From an uncultured bacterium (GTDB lineage: Bacteria > CAYUVA01): DNA of 64,000 nucleotides. A program made the translations under genes and the position numbers. Location: positions 1-64,000 of the forward strand of contig CAYUVA010000005.1 of assembly GCA_964448115.1 (NCBI GenBank), read 5' to 3'. Under the pieces are notes generated by a model. That model was not told the origin of the DNA and made no database searches. It saw only the letters and a program-made list of their open reading frames with translations. Positions within the stretch are counted from its first letter, which is position 1. Each line of letters starts with the position of its first letter. Positions 38,455 through 47,976 of this stretch are shown in pieces.

Positions 38455-39677
38455 GAGAAAGTAGAACATTTTTTAAGCTATCATTGGCTCTATTGATCGT
38501 ATTGGTGCTCTTTGGAACAAGCATGGTCTTGGTGCTAGCTTCCGGGAATTCGAGCTACGAGCACCTGCAACTACTCATGGAGATCCGTTCTTATGTGGAG
38601 GATAAATATGTCCAAAAGGTGGATCTTGAGCGCATGGATGCCGGGACGCTTACCGGGTTGGTCGTTTATACCGATAGATATAATTGTATCTATGATTACA
38701 ATCAACCTCTCTATCCTGTCGGACTAGATGGGCGCTTGGGGTTCATCTTTGGCGCCAAGGAAGGCGCTATAACCGTAGTTTCGACCATTGAAGGCTCTCC
38801 TGCCCGAAAGGCTGGATTGAGTAGCGGCGATATAGTGCTTTCCATCGGGAAGACCGAAACCTATCGGCTCAGCGTAATGGAGGCGCAGAGGCTCGACTAT
38901 GGGAGCATCGATGACCTGGTCAAGGTTTCGGTAAGGAAACAAGGGGATGATGCCTTCAAGGACCTGAACCTGGTCTTTCAGAGGCTGACAGGGCTACCAC
39001 CAATCGAGGGCGAGATGCTTCCATCGAGTATAGCCCTGGTGAAGGTTCGCAGCCTGAGCCACCCAAATATCATACAAGAAACTGCACAGATGCTGAAATC
39101 ATTAGAGGATAAGGCTTCTGGATTGATCCTGGATCTGCGCTATACAGCCGATGGGAGTATCGACAAGGGTGTGGCGCTGGCTGATATCCTCATCGCCGAT
39201 GGCATCGAACTTGGCTATCTCAAGGGAAAAGAGGACGCCAATCTACGCAGTTACTTATCCAGAGACCACCTTTGTTGTTTCAAGGAAAAGCCGGTTAAGG
39301 TGCTGATAAACAACTCCACTGCTATGGGAGCCGAGGTGGCAGCAGCCATTCTCCAAGAGATAGGCAACTTCGAGACCGTGGGAATTCATACTTTTGGCAT
39401 GGCTTATGAGTCAAAGACATTCGATATCGACCACATCAAGAAATTGAGGTTACTGGTCGCCACTTTCAATACCCCTTCAGGAACCGATATCCACCTCAAT
39501 GGGGTCAAGGCGGATCAGGGGGTGGAAGCCGGCACCATTATTGCGGTTGATAGTGAACCTAAGCCCGAACAGCCTGCATCCAAGATAATAGAGATCCTCA
39601 CCGGAAAGGCAAAAGCAGCTGATAAGCAGCTTAAGAAGGCAGAAGAGCTGATACTGAATGATCTCGAAGCCAGGTAG
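38451..39677 (+). CDS. S41/CtpA-like PDZ protein, catalytic dyad apparently lost
   Basis: PDZ segment GSPARKAGLSSGD; LILDLR; TAMGAE in place of SASASE and TFGMA in place of TFGKG. Confidence 0.8.
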   Translation: MRESRTFFKLSLALLIVLVLFGTSMVLVLASGNSSYEHLQLLMEIRSYVEDKYVQKVDLERMDAGTLTGLVVYTDRYNCIYDYNQPLYPVGLDGRLGFIFGAKEGAITVVSTIEGSPARKAGLSSGDIVLSIGKTETYRLSVMEAQRLDYGSIDDLVKVSVRKQGDDAFKDLNLVFQRLTGLPPIEGEMLPSSIALVKVRSLSHPNIIQETAQMLKSLEDKASGLILDLRYTADGSIDKGVALADILIADGIELGYLKGKEDANLRSYLSRDHLCCFKEKPVKVLINNSTAMGAEVAAAILQEIGNFETVGIHTFGMAYESKTFDIDHIKKLRLLVATFNTPSGTDIHLNGVKADQGVEAGTIIAVDSEPKPEQPASKIIEILTGKAKAADKQLKKAEELILNDLEAR

Positions 39678-40610
39678 ATGGCTGCGAAAAGGAAATCCAC
39701 ATCCCGCAGAAGCTCTGCGAAAAAGAGCCAGTCAAGAAATATTACTTCGATCGTCCTTCGTGGATTCGCCATAATACTTGTCCTATTATTGGCTGCTGTT
39801 TATGTCGTGCATCGAACTACCACTCCATCTGAGCTGAGAAGAAAGCTGGAGAAGGCAAAACGAGTAGCAAAGCAATACCTGCCACCCCAAGAACAAGAGC
39901 CGATCACTAAGCCCGAACATTCTCCCAGGTTTATGCAACCACAAGCGCCTAAAATAGCGATCGTAATCGATGATTTCGGCAACTCGATCTCCATAGCCCA
40001 AAGCTTCTTTACCCTGGAGTACCCGATAGGCATCTCGATTCTTCCCTTCACACCTTATGCAAGCCAGATAGCCCGCCAGGCAAAAAGCGAGGGATTCGCG
40101 GTCTTACTCCACCTTCCCATGGAGCCGAAGGGCTATCCAAAGGTCGATCCCGGCAGGGGTGCGCTGCTATTGGAAGATTCATCATCGACCATTTTGAAAA
40201 AAATAAACGACGCTATCGATTCTCTTGGAGTGATGCCAGATGGGGTCAATCATCACATGGGTTCGGCTTTTACAGCCAACGCCACTCAGATGTCGATGGC
40301 ACTAAATTATATCGGCAACAAGGGTCTTTTTTATCTTGACAGCCTAACCTCATCCGACTCGGTGGCTTATAGCCTGGCATTGGGAGCGGGTATCAGGACC
40401 GCGAAGCGTGATGTGTTTTTAGATAATAGCAGCGATCCCGAATATATCGAACAACAGGTATGGGCTTTATGTGAAAAGGCAGAAGAACACGGATCAGCAA
40501 TCGGTATCGGTCATGCACGAAAGAATACCTTCCAGGTGCTGGATACAATGCTGCCCGAGGTCGAGCGCCGCGGCTACCTGGTGGTCGATGTAAGAGAGCT
40601 GCTCAATTAG
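39678..40610 (+). CDS. Divergent polysaccharide deacetylase (YibQ/DUF610 family)
   Basis: IAIVIDDFG, LHLPMEP, NHHMGS, RDVFLD and AIGIGH motifs. Confidence 0.92.
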   Translation: MAAKRKSTSRRSSAKKSQSRNITSIVLRGFAIILVLLLAAVYVVHRTTTPSELRRKLEKAKRVAKQYLPPQEQEPITKPEHSPRFMQPQAPKIAIVIDDFGNSISIAQSFFTLEYPIGISILPFTPYASQIARQAKSEGFAVLLHLPMEPKGYPKVDPGRGALLLEDSSSTILKKINDAIDSLGVMPDGVNHHMGSAFTANATQMSMALNYIGNKGLFYLDSLTSSDSVAYSLALGAGIRTAKRDVFLDNSSDPEYIEQQVWALCEKAEEHGSAIGIGHARKNTFQVLDTMLPEVERRGYLVVDVRELLN

Positions 40611-40623
40611 CCTCGCCTTGAAT

Positions 40624-43600
40624 TCATCTGGGATCTGGTTCCTGCGGAACATCCAGGTAGGGCCATAGGAAGCTCTCCAGTCCCTCGTCATCTATTGCAT
40701 ATAGATCGATCTGCCAGTGGTTTGGCTCGACGCCAGCTCCGACAAAGATATCGTGCATCCACCAGAATCCGACCGTCTCATCGTATGGTAGGTCACCCAC
40801 ATACATCCCCTGGTAGTACATCTCGACTCTATCCACCACGCCGTCTGGGTCATCGCCATAAGCCATGAGGAAGAACCAACCGCCATCCGTGGAAGTAATA
40901 TAAGTGGTCATGTATCCACCAACCAGGAGCCTTGGTCTCATGCCAGGAGTTGCTGTGGGGGTATCGGTTGCTGTAGGTGTGGCAGTCGGTGTCTCACTCG
41001 GTGTATGAGTCGGCTCTTGGGTAGGCGTATCTGTCGGCGATCCTGTAGGTATCTGCGTAGGAGTCGCGGTATCGGTTGCTGTAGGTACAAGAGTCGGTGT
41101 CCTGGTTGCGGTCTCGGTGGGAAGAGATGTCGGGGTAGCTGTCGGCGTCAAGGTCGGTGTTACTGTTGGCAGTAGTGTTTCAGTTGCTGTAGGGGTGGTG
41201 GTGTTAGTTACTGTCGGGGTATTACTCGGCGTGGCAGTCGGCTCTATTATCTTGAATGAGTAAATCTCTGTATCCATTACATTGCCATAGTTATCAGCAG
41301 CATCGAGGCTTACTTTGATCCAATCTCCATAAGCAAAGTCGCCCGGCGGATTATAAAATACCCTGATATCATCCTGCATGCCGCTAAGTGTCGGTGTTAC
41401 GGCAAATCCCTCGACAGCCATCAGCAAGGTGGCTACATCAACACCGCTTCCGTCATCGTATATGTGCAGGCTGATATTGGTATCCGGCAGATTACCCACC
41501 GAGTTAGGCGCTGGTGAATGCAAGCCTGTATAGGGCGGATCGGTCTCCGGTTCTATGGGCATGATGCGGAATGAATACTCATCATATACGAAATTGCCAG
41601 CCATATCCTCGGCATAAAGCTGAACATTAACCATAAGGTTCAGATCAAAGGGAGTCGATGGCTGGTGAGTGATCATATAATCATACATATTTCCTAGCCG
41701 GGTGAAGCTCACAGCCGCCCCTTCGACCATCATGACGATAGAGGTCGAATCGACACCGCTGTCATCATCGGCAACATGGAGGCTTATCGAGGTGTTGGGA
41801 TGTACATCCCTGGCGTTCTTGGCTGGATTGTGTCCATAGGTATAAGGTGGAATCGGATCCGGCGGTATGTAGATGGTGAACTGATACTCATCGCTAGCGA
41901 TATTCCCCATCATGTCCGCCGCTGTTACCTGTACATCGACCACCTCTCCATAATTGAACCTGACCGGCGGGTTATAGAATAGCATGTAATCATGTATATC
42001 GCCGCTGATCATAGCCGTGGTAACCAGGGATGATCTCACCCATAACTGGATGGAGCTTTGATCTACCCCAGATTCATCATCCAGGATATGCAGGCTTATA
42101 TTCGTATCGGCAGGCACATCGGTCTCGTTTTTGGCTGGATCGAAGTTGTCGAAGTATGGCGGGATCATATCCGCAGTGGAGGTACAGGTAGCGGTCGGAG
42201 TGCTGCTTGGCTGTTGGGTAGGCGTTTCAGTGGGAGTATTGGTGGGAGTGAAACTCGCCATGCCGGTCGCGGTGCCGGTTGGAGGCAGGGTCGGCGTTGA
42301 GGTTGGTTGATCTGTCGGTGTTTGGGTTGGGGTCCGGGTAGAGGTTGAGGTCGGAATACCGGTAGGCGTGTTTGAAGGTGTGCTGGTAGGTATGTCTGTG
42401 GGCGAGTTTGTCGGTGTTAATGTAGGCATCAGCGTTGCGGTAGCTGTATCGGTTGGAGTACCGGTCGGCTCCTGGGTAGGAGTAATTGTAGGCGTGTTGG
42501 AGGGAGTGAAGGTCAACATGCCGGTCGCGGTTCCGGTTGGTGTTTGAGTTGGTGTACCAGTAGGCAGGCTGGTGGCAGTACTCGTCGCCGTGCTGGTTGG
42601 AAGATCGGTGGCTGTGCTGGTCGGGGTCAGGGTAGCTGTGCTAGTCGGCTGTAGCGTAGCTGTGCTGGTCGCCGTGCTGGTCGGTGCATCGGTTGATGTA
42701 CTGGTCGGGGTCAGGGTCGGCGTGTTGCTGGGAAGCTGCGTTGCCGTATTGGTCGGCGTATTGGTCGAGGTAGATGTCGGCAGATCGGTATGGGTCGCCG
42801 TGGGGGTTGAGGTTGATGTACTAGTAGGCGCTGCGGTTGCGGTTTGGGTTGGACTGGCGGTTGGCGCTAAGGTCGGTGTGCTGGTGGAAGTCATGGTGGG
42901 GGTGGCACTGGCGGTTGCAGTAGGCGTGGCGGTACATTGCTCGGTGAAATAGACATAATCATCCGTAACCGAGTAGCCATTCAGGTTCTTTGCATAGACC
43001 GAGACCTCTATTCGATTATCGCAGGGCAGAGGGGGGCTTGGTAAATACGCTAGATTATAATCCCAAGGATCGCCACCGATCGCTGGAGTTACATCCTTGT
43101 CCTCTACCTGCATGGCGATCGAATTCAGATCGACTCCGGCTCCATCATCCCTAATGTGTAGCTTTATGGTGTAATCGACCGGCACATCGGTTTGATTCTT
43201 CGCCGGGTCATGATCGGTGGTATATGGTATTGCTGGCGTGTTGGTTGGCGTAGGAGACGGAGTAAATGTAGGGGCGCCGGTGGGAGTCGATGTCGGCGTG
43301 GGGGTCGCAGTTGCCATCAGGGTGGTAAATGTCCAGAGCTCCGGCGCCATCTCATTCCCCTCGTAGTCCTCTGCCCAGACCTCTATCCACACCACCTCGT
43401 TATAATCGAAGTTTTCCGTAGGGTTATAGAACGCAACTACATCATTCACCGTGGAGCCAGATAGCTGCGGGGATACATAATCGCCCTTGATCCACATATT
43501 TACCCGGCTGGGATCAACGCCACTGTCATCATCCCTAATATGGAAGCTGATATTAGTATCGATCTCCACCCCACTTTGATTGGGGGCTGGTGTATGATCG

Positions 43601-44037
43601 GTTATATAAGGGGGATCAAAGTCAAAAGAGGTCGGGGTCGGTGTTGGGGTGGGAGCACTTACTATAGTAAAGCTATATATGTCCGAAGGCATCGAGTTGC
43701 CTAGCAGATCAGAGGCATCGACCTGGACAGCAACCCTGTCGCCATAAGGATAGTCTTGAATGTGAAAATAGACCAGTTGATAATCCGCTGGCGATCCATT
43801 TATGCGCAGTGTACCTGAGGCTGGCTGGTACTCGATCATCATCGCTATGCTGTTAAGATCGACTCCAGAACCATCATCCTTTACATGCAGGGTGATATTG
43901 ACATCCGGAGCAACATTCGCCTGGTTATAGGCTGGATTATGCCCTTCAGTATAGGGAATTGCCCAAGCATTTCCCATATTGGCAACTATTAATAGCATAA
44001 TGAATGCGAACAGAGATAAACAAGGCTTGTATTTCAT
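40624..44037 (-). CDS. Large secreted surface protein: six Ig-like repeats, long Thr/Pro linkers, shared C-terminal domain
   Basis: Signal peptide ending AWA; six PY...PA.N...I.[LF]H[IV].DD..GVD repeats; TPT-rich tracts; [14 protein letters not shown]...WPYL. Start placed at ATG 44037. Confidence 0.88.
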   Translation of the reverse strand: MKYKPCLSLFAFIMLLIVANMGNAWAIPYTEGHNPAYNQANVAPDVNITLHVKDDGSGVDLNSIAMMIEYQPASGTLRINGSPADYQLVYFHIQDYPYGDRVAVQVDASDLLGNSMPSDIYSFTIVSAPTPTPTPTSFDFDPPYITDHTPAPNQSGVEIDTNISFHIRDDDSGVDPSRVNMWIKGDYVSPQLSGSTVNDVVAFYNPTENFDYNEVVWIEVWAEDYEGNEMAPELWTFTTLMATATPTPTSTPTGAPTFTPSPTPTNTPAIPYTTDHDPAKNQTDVPVDYTIKLHIRDDGAGVDLNSIAMQVEDKDVTPAIGGDPWDYNLAYLPSPPLPCDNRIEVSVYAKNLNGYSVTDDYVYFTEQCTATPTATASATPTMTSTSTPTLAPTASPTQTATAAPTSTSTSTPTATHTDLPTSTSTNTPTNTATQLPSNTPTLTPTSTSTDAPTSTATSTATLQPTSTATLTPTSTATDLPTSTATSTATSLPTGTPTQTPTGTATGMLTFTPSNTPTITPTQEPTGTPTDTATATLMPTLTPTNSPTDIPTSTPSNTPTGIPTSTSTRTPTQTPTDQPTSTPTLPPTGTATGMASFTPTNTPTETPTQQPSSTPTATCTSTADMIPPYFDNFDPAKNETDVPADTNISLHILDDESGVDQSSIQLWVRSSLVTTAMISGDIHDYMLFYNPPVRFNYGEVVDVQVTAADMMGNIASDEYQFTIYIPPDPIPPYTYGHNPAKNARDVHPNTSISLHVADDDSGVDSTSIVMMVEGAAVSFTRLGNMYDYMITHQPSTPFDLNLMVNVQLYAEDMAGNFVYDEYSFRIMPIEPETDPPYTGLHSPAPNSVGNLPDTNISLHIYDDGSGVDVATLLMAVEGFAVTPTLSGMQDDIRVFYNPPGDFAYGDWIKVSLDAADNYGNVMDTEIYSFKIIEPTATPSNTPTVTNTTTPTATETLLPTVTPTLTPTATPTSLPTETATRTPTLVPTATDTATPTQIPTGSPTDTPTQEPTHTPSETPTATPTATDTPTATPGMRPRLLVGGYMTTYITSTDGGWFFLMAYGDDPDGVVDRVEMYYQGMYVGDLPYDETVGFWWMHDIFVGAGVEPNHWQIDLYAIDDEGLESFLWPYLDVPQEPDPR

Positions 44038-44114
44038 AGCAGGGAATCCTTCCTTCGATAATATTAAGGACATATTTAAGTTGTTGTTAAGAGATTGCTA
44101 CTAATTCGGCAATT

Positions 44115-44142
44115 AGTATAACCAAGAGTAATAAATTGTCAA
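44115..44142 (-). promoter_or_regulatory. sigma70-type promoter
   Basis: TTGACA-N16-TATACT on the minus strand, upstream of the surface-protein gene. Confidence 0.6.
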
Positions 44143-44286
44143 AAATGGGGAAAGATCCGGTCAATAGCGAGTCAGAAAAAGCGCTATCCCTCCAACGCTT
44201 TTGTTTTAACCAAAATCTAGGTAAATTATTTTCCATAATATAAATAATAAATGTCAATATAGAAAATTTATTTTACAAACTATGAT

Positions 44287-47200
44287 TTAATCCTCGTCTT
44301 GCTCGGATCGCTCCTGATCAAGGTCTTCGATAGCTTTAAGCGCTTTCTTGGCTGCTATGCGCAGGGTTTTATTCACGCTTCTTGAGATCTTCTTTAGCAC
44401 CGGTATCGCCTTTGGATCTCCGATCCTGCCCAGGGTTCTTATCGCCTGTAATTGAACCTGGTTCTTGGATATACTGAGGATGAAGATCTCCTTTAGGAAC
44501 TCCAAGAGTCCATCGACTGCCTTAGTGCTACCGATTATCCCCAGGGTTTTTACGATCTCTATCTTAAGCTCGTCGGAGACCTCGCCGAAGCCGAAGAATT
44601 TTCGTTTTATATGTCCCGCGAGTTGTTCAGCCGAGTGATCAGCGCCGACCTTTGCCAGCGCTTTCACTACTTCCAGCTTCATCTTTGGGATCTCAGCCTC
44701 GAACATCTCCAGCAATCTTTGCTCTGAATCCTTGTGGCTGCGTGGTGCGACCTTGGAGAGGGCATTGACCGCCTCGGCTCGAACATTTAAGTGCGAGTCC
44801 CTGGTCAGGTCGAGAAGCGGCTCGATAGCTCTCTGATCTCCCAGCTCGCCAAGTATGATAGCCATGTTACGGCGCACAAACCAACGCTCATCGTTAACCG
44901 CCAGGAGGATATGATCCAAAGTAGCCTTTCCAGCGTGCTTGAGTACCTCGATTATGCGCAGGCGAACCTCCTTGTTGTCCTCCACCTTGAGCTGCTCGAC
45001 CAGCTCCTTGGAGATGTTCGCTCCCCTTTTAGTCAAGATATCAAGCGCTTCCTTGGTCAAGACAGTATCCCGAAGTGCATTAGCGACTGCGACCAGTGCC
45101 AGGTTGGAGTTGAATTTACCCAGGTTCTCAGTCAAGAGTTTACGCTCATGGATCTTGCGCTGGCTGCTCTCTTTTTGCAGGTTGGCGAAGTGATCGATTA
45201 TCTTATTGGCGATATCCTCCATATCTGCCTCCTCAAGACGGGTGCCTACCTGGGTAAGCATATCGATTAGTATGGAAAATATCTTGAATGACCACTCGGT
45301 TTCCGAGGATTTTATCAGGCTATTTACCACATAGAGAATTACATCTTGCTTGTTAAGCTCAATAAGCCTTTCAGCTAAGAACCAGGTTAATACCCTTGCT
45401 TTCTCCCGTTTTACAAAAGAGACGCTCTTGAGAGAGGATAATTGCTCATTTATTACCTCCATGAGCTTGAAGTCATCCTGCTGATTGAGAACCTCCTCAA
45501 GTTCTTTCTTTTCATTCTCCAGCTTGAGTGGCATTTTTGAGGCATCTTCGCTCGGTTTTTTTCCTCTTTTTAGCTCCTCAGGTATAATGATCTTGCGCAC
45601 AGCCGAGCCGGACATGGTTATAGTATCATCAGCACTTGTTATATCTTCGGTCATAGAGGCTTCCTCTGCCACCTTTTCCTTTGGCTTAAGGTCATCTTGA
45701 TCATCTTGCTGATAGTTATCAAGATCACTTTCAGCCTTTTGGGTAACAGGTTTTCTTATTCCTTTGGTTTGTTGTGGATCTGATCTTGGTGCAGCATCTT
45801 CTTCCGATAGCTCATCCTCCTCATCAAGAAGTGCTGCCAGCTCGCTATCGATCTCTATGCTTAGCGAATCGCTATCGCTTGAGGGCTTTTCTTTCCCTTT
45901 TTCTCTTAACTTCTTTCTATCTGGCAGTTGCTGTAAAAATAACTCCAGATCTTCGTCTGTATAGCCCTTCTTGGTGAACTCTTCGAGCAGTCTAGGAATG
46001 ATAGTTGCTTTTTTATCCGAGTCTATGACCACATCCTTCAACAGCTCTTGCAGGCGGGTTATCTCTTTGTCCTTCCCTTGTTCGATAGCATCCTTATCAA
46101 CTTTTTTATCTTGCAGCAACGAAAACATTCGATCGGTTAGCTTTTCAATTAGCTGCTCATCATCCATAAGCTTAGCCACGGTTTTGTCGAGCAGATCCCA
46201 ATCGTAAACCTCCAGTCCCTTTTCCATGACCGCATCTCTGAGTTCTGGGTCTAGGGTGAGTATTATCTCAGCCATGTGTCGGACTCGGTCCGAGACATCT
46301 ATATCCGGGTCTGCCTTTTCCATGGATTCCTCCAATTGGTGGATCGCCTCCGAGACTCTGGCAGCGGTCTTATCCAGTCCGAGTTCGCCTTTCTCGTCAT
46401 ACACCCTTGAGAATGCGACCAGCATGTCAGCGATCTTCTGCGGATCTTCGCGCACCCGCTTCATGAAATCGGTGGGTACCGAGACCATGCTGAATAGCGA
46501 GTCCCACTCACCGCTTCCGGCTCTGCTTTCAGAGACCAACTCGTACTCCAGAAGGTCCACTGCTACCTTATCAAGCTCCTTGCCTTCAAGCAGCTTCCTG
46601 ACTCCCCCCTCTTTTTTTATTTTGAATGGTGATTCGGCGATCAAGGTGGCGAACTGCTGAAGCTGATGCGAGGTCATACCCTTTTTGAAGGTGATGCTGT
46701 GGATATCTCTCTCATCGATGAAGTTTCGGATTATTGCAGTAAGCCCTCTGCCTGATTCTAAGGGGATTCCATTTATCACCAGTCGGTTCTTGGTAGCATT
46801 TATTGTCAAATGCCCCACATCCTCGATGATCTTGGTGAAGAACTCATAATCCTCTGAGATAGCCTTCTCGACTGCCGGGTGATTAGGGGGATACAGCCTT
46901 ATCTTACCGAAGATGGAGTTAAGGTGGGTTACCACATCCAGAGCGATCGCCCCTGGCTCGCCGGGCATCCTTCCAAAGCCCTTGGTTTCGGTAACTTTGA
47001 AGGTATCGGAGAGCTCACTAACCACATCATCATGTTTTTCCTTTAGAGATGGAGTATCCTTTTTATCAGCCTCGGGTGATATGGCAGTTGTTTTAGGGCT
47101 TTTTGGGATCAGCTCTGTAACCACTAGCCGTTTTTCCATGAGGCTCCAGATCGTCTGCATGGCAGTGAAGCGATCAAGGCCACAGGCTTCAATAACTTCA

Positions 47201-47811
47201 GCGTGGCTGCGATTGCCATCTATGCATTTTAAAAGGGCGATCTGTTCATCGTTCAGATCTGCGGACTCGAAAGCCTGTGGAGTTCGATGAAGCACGGCAT
47301 TGTCAGGCGGCATCCTGGTCTTTAATTTGGCTAGCTCATCGAGCTTGCGAGAGCTTTCCATAAGTAAAAATTCGGTGCTCAGGTTGGGACGCACAAAATC
47401 TCTGGGATCCTTGGTGCCGGTGAAGATCTTGTATTTCCCTTGTTCCCAAGTAAGAAGCTCCAGGACAATGGCTTGAATCATTCTGGACTTCAGGTAGGCG
47501 ATCTCCTCTTTAGTAACGATCTTCTCCCTGATAAGCCATTGATCAAAAGTCGTCTCCAGAGGATTATAGCTCTTAATCCTATCTGCCATATCTTGGGGAG
47601 TGATCTTGCCTATAGCTTCTAGGTGTCTTCTCAGCCACTGCACCTCGTCATGGGAACCAAGGGAGGCTCGTACCACCCTGCCATTCTCGAAACGCAGCAC
47701 TGCCTTCTGAGCGCCATGCCTCAAGTTTACCGAGCCATCCTTGCTCTGAGAGCTCATTAGCTGGATGATCTCAGCAACCCCAAAATCTTTTATGTCCCCT
47801 TCTAGTGCCAT
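44287..47811 (-). CDS. DUF4388 (PatA-N-like) domain plus acidic linker plus HEAT repeat protein
   Basis: MALEGDIKDFGVAEIIQL, LLTWEQG, LYPPNHP; C-terminal DERWFVRRN...LGELGD HEAT repeats. Confidence 0.85.
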   Translation of the reverse strand: MALEGDIKDFGVAEIIQLMSSQSKDGSVNLRHGAQKAVLRFENGRVVRASLGSHDEVQWLRRHLEAIGKITPQDMADRIKSYNPLETTFDQWLIREKIVTKEEIAYLKSRMIQAIVLELLTWEQGKYKIFTGTKDPRDFVRPNLSTEFLLMESSRKLDELAKLKTRMPPDNAVLHRTPQAFESADLNDEQIALLKCIDGNRSHAEVIEACGLDRFTAMQTIWSLMEKRLVVTELIPKSPKTTAISPEADKKDTPSLKEKHDDVVSELSDTFKVTETKGFGRMPGEPGAIALDVVTHLNSIFGKIRLYPPNHPAVEKAISEDYEFFTKIIEDVGHLTINATKNRLVINGIPLESGRGLTAIIRNFIDERDIHSITFKKGMTSHQLQQFATLIAESPFKIKKEGGVRKLLEGKELDKVAVDLLEYELVSESRAGSGEWDSLFSMVSVPTDFMKRVREDPQKIADMLVAFSRVYDEKGELGLDKTAARVSEAIHQLEESMEKADPDIDVSDRVRHMAEIILTLDPELRDAVMEKGLEVYDWDLLDKTVAKLMDDEQLIEKLTDRMFSLLQDKKVDKDAIEQGKDKEITRLQELLKDVVIDSDKKATIIPRLLEEFTKKGYTDEDLELFLQQLPDRKKLREKGKEKPSSDSDSLSIEIDSELAALLDEEDELSEEDAAPRSDPQQTKGIRKPVTQKAESDLDNYQQDDQDDLKPKEKVAEEASMTEDITSADDTITMSGSAVRKIIIPEELKRGKKPSEDASKMPLKLENEKKELEEVLNQQDDFKLMEVINEQLSSLKSVSFVKREKARVLTWFLAERLIELNKQDVILYVVNSLIKSSETEWSFKIFSILIDMLTQVGTRLEEADMEDIANKIIDHFANLQKESSQRKIHERKLLTENLGKFNSNLALVAVANALRDTVLTKEALDILTKRGANISKELVEQLKVEDNKEVRLRIIEVLKHAGKATLDHILLAVNDERWFVRRNMAIILGELGDQRAIEPLLDLTRDSHLNVRAEAVNALSKVAPRSHKDSEQRLLEMFEAEIPKMKLEVVKALAKVGADHSAEQLAGHIKRKFFGFGEVSDELKIEIVKTLGIIGSTKAVDGLLEFLKEIFILSISKNQVQLQAIRTLGRIGDPKAIPVLKKISRSVNKTLRIAAKKALKAIEDLDQERSEQDED

Positions 47812-47976
47812 TTCTCCCAGTATTCTAGTTACATTGCCAAATCCTCTGTAACTTTTTTAAGTATATTTTATATTATCATAATCTAATGGCAATTATCAAA
47901 GAGAACAAACACCAGGTCAAAGGTGTGATTTTTTGATATTACCATCACTTCTGTGTAAAATTCATAATTAAGAGCC

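Noticed and set aside
42175-42952. Repetitive DNA and a Val/Ala/Gly-rich ORF resembling an array or membrane protein
   Set aside because: It is the antisense reading of the Thr/Pro linker. There is no fixed repeat-spacer period, so it is not CRISPR.
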